Origin: Catajapyx aquilonaris
Taxonomy: Eukaryota
Assembly: GCA_000934665.2 (NCBI GenBank)
Contig: KZ539030.1
Coordinates: forward strand, 1-35,906
DNA: 35,906 nucleotides
Direction: 5' to 3'
Every line of letters starts with the position of its first letter. Positions within the stretch are counted from its first letter, which is position 1. Both the position numbers and the translations under genes were made by a program. Below are positions 34,260 to 35,906 of this stretch, in pieces. Below the pieces are notes generated by a model that saw nothing but the letters and a program-made list of their open reading frames with translations, searched no databases and was not told the origin of the DNA.

Positions 34260-34370
34260 TTAAACGAAAGAACGATCTGACGTCACGTTCAGCCCCCTCC
34301 TCTACAAGCATACTATTGCGCATGCTCATAAAACACGGCTGGTGTGACGTCAGAACGTTCTTTGGCTTAA
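34260..34370. mobile_element. Small MITE-like element with 27 bp inverted ends bounded by TTAA
   Basis: TTAAACGAAAGAACGATCTGACGTCAC (34260-34286) versus the reverse complement of 34344-34370, TTAAGCCAAAGAACGTTCTGACGTCAC: 24/27 match. Each arm carries a TGACGTCA. Confidence 0.7.
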
Positions 34371-34940
34371 ATGATTCTACATAGTATCCTGCTTTAAAAA
34401 ATTAATCAGATCAGCTCTTGGTCATATTTGGTGTGATTGTCACTTAGAATTTATTTGCCTTGTTGGTTGTATATGTATACTGTATAGGTGATGACAGCTA
34501 ACAAGATAGTAATCGATCGGTTGTCGCCAGGGGGCATACCTTGTGTTTCTAAGCGTTTCCAACCGGGATCAAGTTTAATGGGTTTCAATGCAGGTAGCCG
34601 TCTCGCAAGATATTAGCATCAAACACCAATTATTAATATTTCATACCTCATTATGTCAATTCGTTCTAGATCATTTCTCTCAGTCAATCCAGTATGTTAT
34701 TCACCAATAGACAGTTTGGCGGAAATATGCCCATTTCTATTCGGAACTTATATTGCCCTTGGTGCTACCCTATATTTTGCACCGAGAAAGAGATGACACG
34801 TACTTGGGTTCATGTCACGTGGAGATTGAAGAGCTGGTGCCGCCCACTTTTGGAAAGAGAGTGGCAATGAAACCGGCGGTACCTTTCACACCGAAGTATC
34901 TCTCCAGCAAAAGCCCTCCCCAGGTCCTGTACCACCAACC

Positions 34941-35906
34941 ATGGGTTTTCTCCTTGGGACCTATCCCACTTGTGAGTACCTCCCTAAAGGTCATGCCAAG
35001 GCTCCTTTTTTCGAGTGGTGGGGGCATAAGGAAGCCAACAGTCCGTCCGGGTTTGACATTCCCCTCCAGAGTTCCTCCAGTTTCGGTATGGCGTACATAC
35101 CGGCAGTGTACAACCTGTCGGGGGTGGTGTCTTCCACGCCTTTCACGCCCTTCGCCCACTACAGCCCACATCATGTCCTCAACCATCCTCAACATCATGT
35201 CCATCCTCAACCTAGTCCCACAGCTGCCACCATCCCTGACAGTAACCAGGTAGTGTACCAAGAGTACGAGTATGAGTACGTGGATGACGAACCGGTGGAG
35301 TACCATCACCAACAGCACCACCAGCAGCACCATCAGGAGCAACATTACCACCGGCAGCATCATCCAGATCACCTGAGAGTCACACCTCTTCAGGGACCAT
35401 TCTATTTGAATAATGGGAGGGTGCCGGTCATTCCTCTTACGCATTATGCATTGGTCAGGAACGCTACGTTTTACCAGATACCGGTAAGTCACAGTAATAT
35501 CGCGCAGGTGCACCATAGGCAATTTCAATGAGGGAATGAAAGTTACTGGCCCAACGTGACTTATTTGCGTGACATGGGAGTGGTAGTCTTAAAATCTGAC
35601 ACTCTACGTGATACGTTATTACGCAACAATAACTGGTCAGCTATCTTTGGAGCCTTTTAACGAGGTGGTGTAGGTCACTGCCTTCTAGAATGAAGTGTCC
35701 GTTCGGTGACTTTAACGAGCGAATGAGAAAGATCGCTTATCAAACATGGGGCGTAACTTACTTTGAATACGCAATAAACCGACACAAACAAGAGAATTAT
35801 TTTGATTAAATCTAATACATATTTCTAGACGTATGTCTGTCTCTCCTGTTATTCGCTATGCAAATCCGTACGGAGGCCCCGACATATGCCCCAGGGGTTT
35901 CACTAG
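34941..35906 (+). CDS. Uncharacterised His/Gln/Tyr/Pro-rich protein, probably spliced (34941-35483 + 35829-35906, 206 aa); additional upstream exons are possible
   Basis: GC-rich ORF with a strong Kozak context (CCAACCATGG) and a codon-structured His/Gln repeat. Consensus donor CCG|GTAAGT at 35483/35484 (phase 0). Acceptor CTAAT...ATTTCTAG| at 35828 gives in-frame TYVCLSCYSLCKSVRRPRHMPQGFH* ending at 35906. The frame is also open upstream to 34830, with acceptor-like sites at 34907 and 34923. Confidence 0.6.

Noticed and set aside
34753..35528. 237 aa minus-strand ORF with a long hydrophobic run, and the alternative-frame 166 aa plus-strand ORF
   Set aside because: The V/L/M run is just the reverse complement of the CAC/CAT/CAG His-Gln repeat. 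The plus-strand frame from 34941 has the Kozak context and splice signals.
1..35906. CRISPR arrays, tRNA/rRNA genes, operons, bacterial promoters or terminators
   Set aside because: No repeat-spacer array or RNA gene signature was seen. The window is spliceosomal-intron-containing eukaryotic DNA, so the hairpins are not Rho-independent terminators.

Overview
Eukaryotic, intron-containing genomic DNA. The protein sequences point to an arthropod, probably a hexapod; no prokaryotic features are present. Left to right: (1) the 5' part of a dual-specificity cyclic nucleotide phosphodiesterase 11 gene (Pde11) on the minus strand, with 8 coding exons rebuilt in frame from 3416 to 215 and the gene running off the left edge; (2) about 17 kb of non-coding DNA holding probable Pde11 5' exons, a cluster of perfect CRE (TGACGTCA) and NBRE (AAAGGTCA) sites, and several small inverted-repeat transposon relics; (3) a complete 10-exon ring canal kelch (kel, KLHL2/3-like) gene on the minus strand, 608 aa, whose probable 3' UTR carries two long hairpins, one with AATAAA in its loop; (4) a single-coding-exon F-box/LRR gene head-to-head with kelch; (5) about 6.5 kb that I could not assign; (6) a probable spliced His/Gln/Tyr-rich uncharacterised gene ending on the last base of the window. 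I do not see a clearly new multi-gene system. The best leads are regulatory and RNA-structural. All exon structures were derived by eye from GT-AG sites and frame continuity, and family assignments come from recalled motifs, not database searches.
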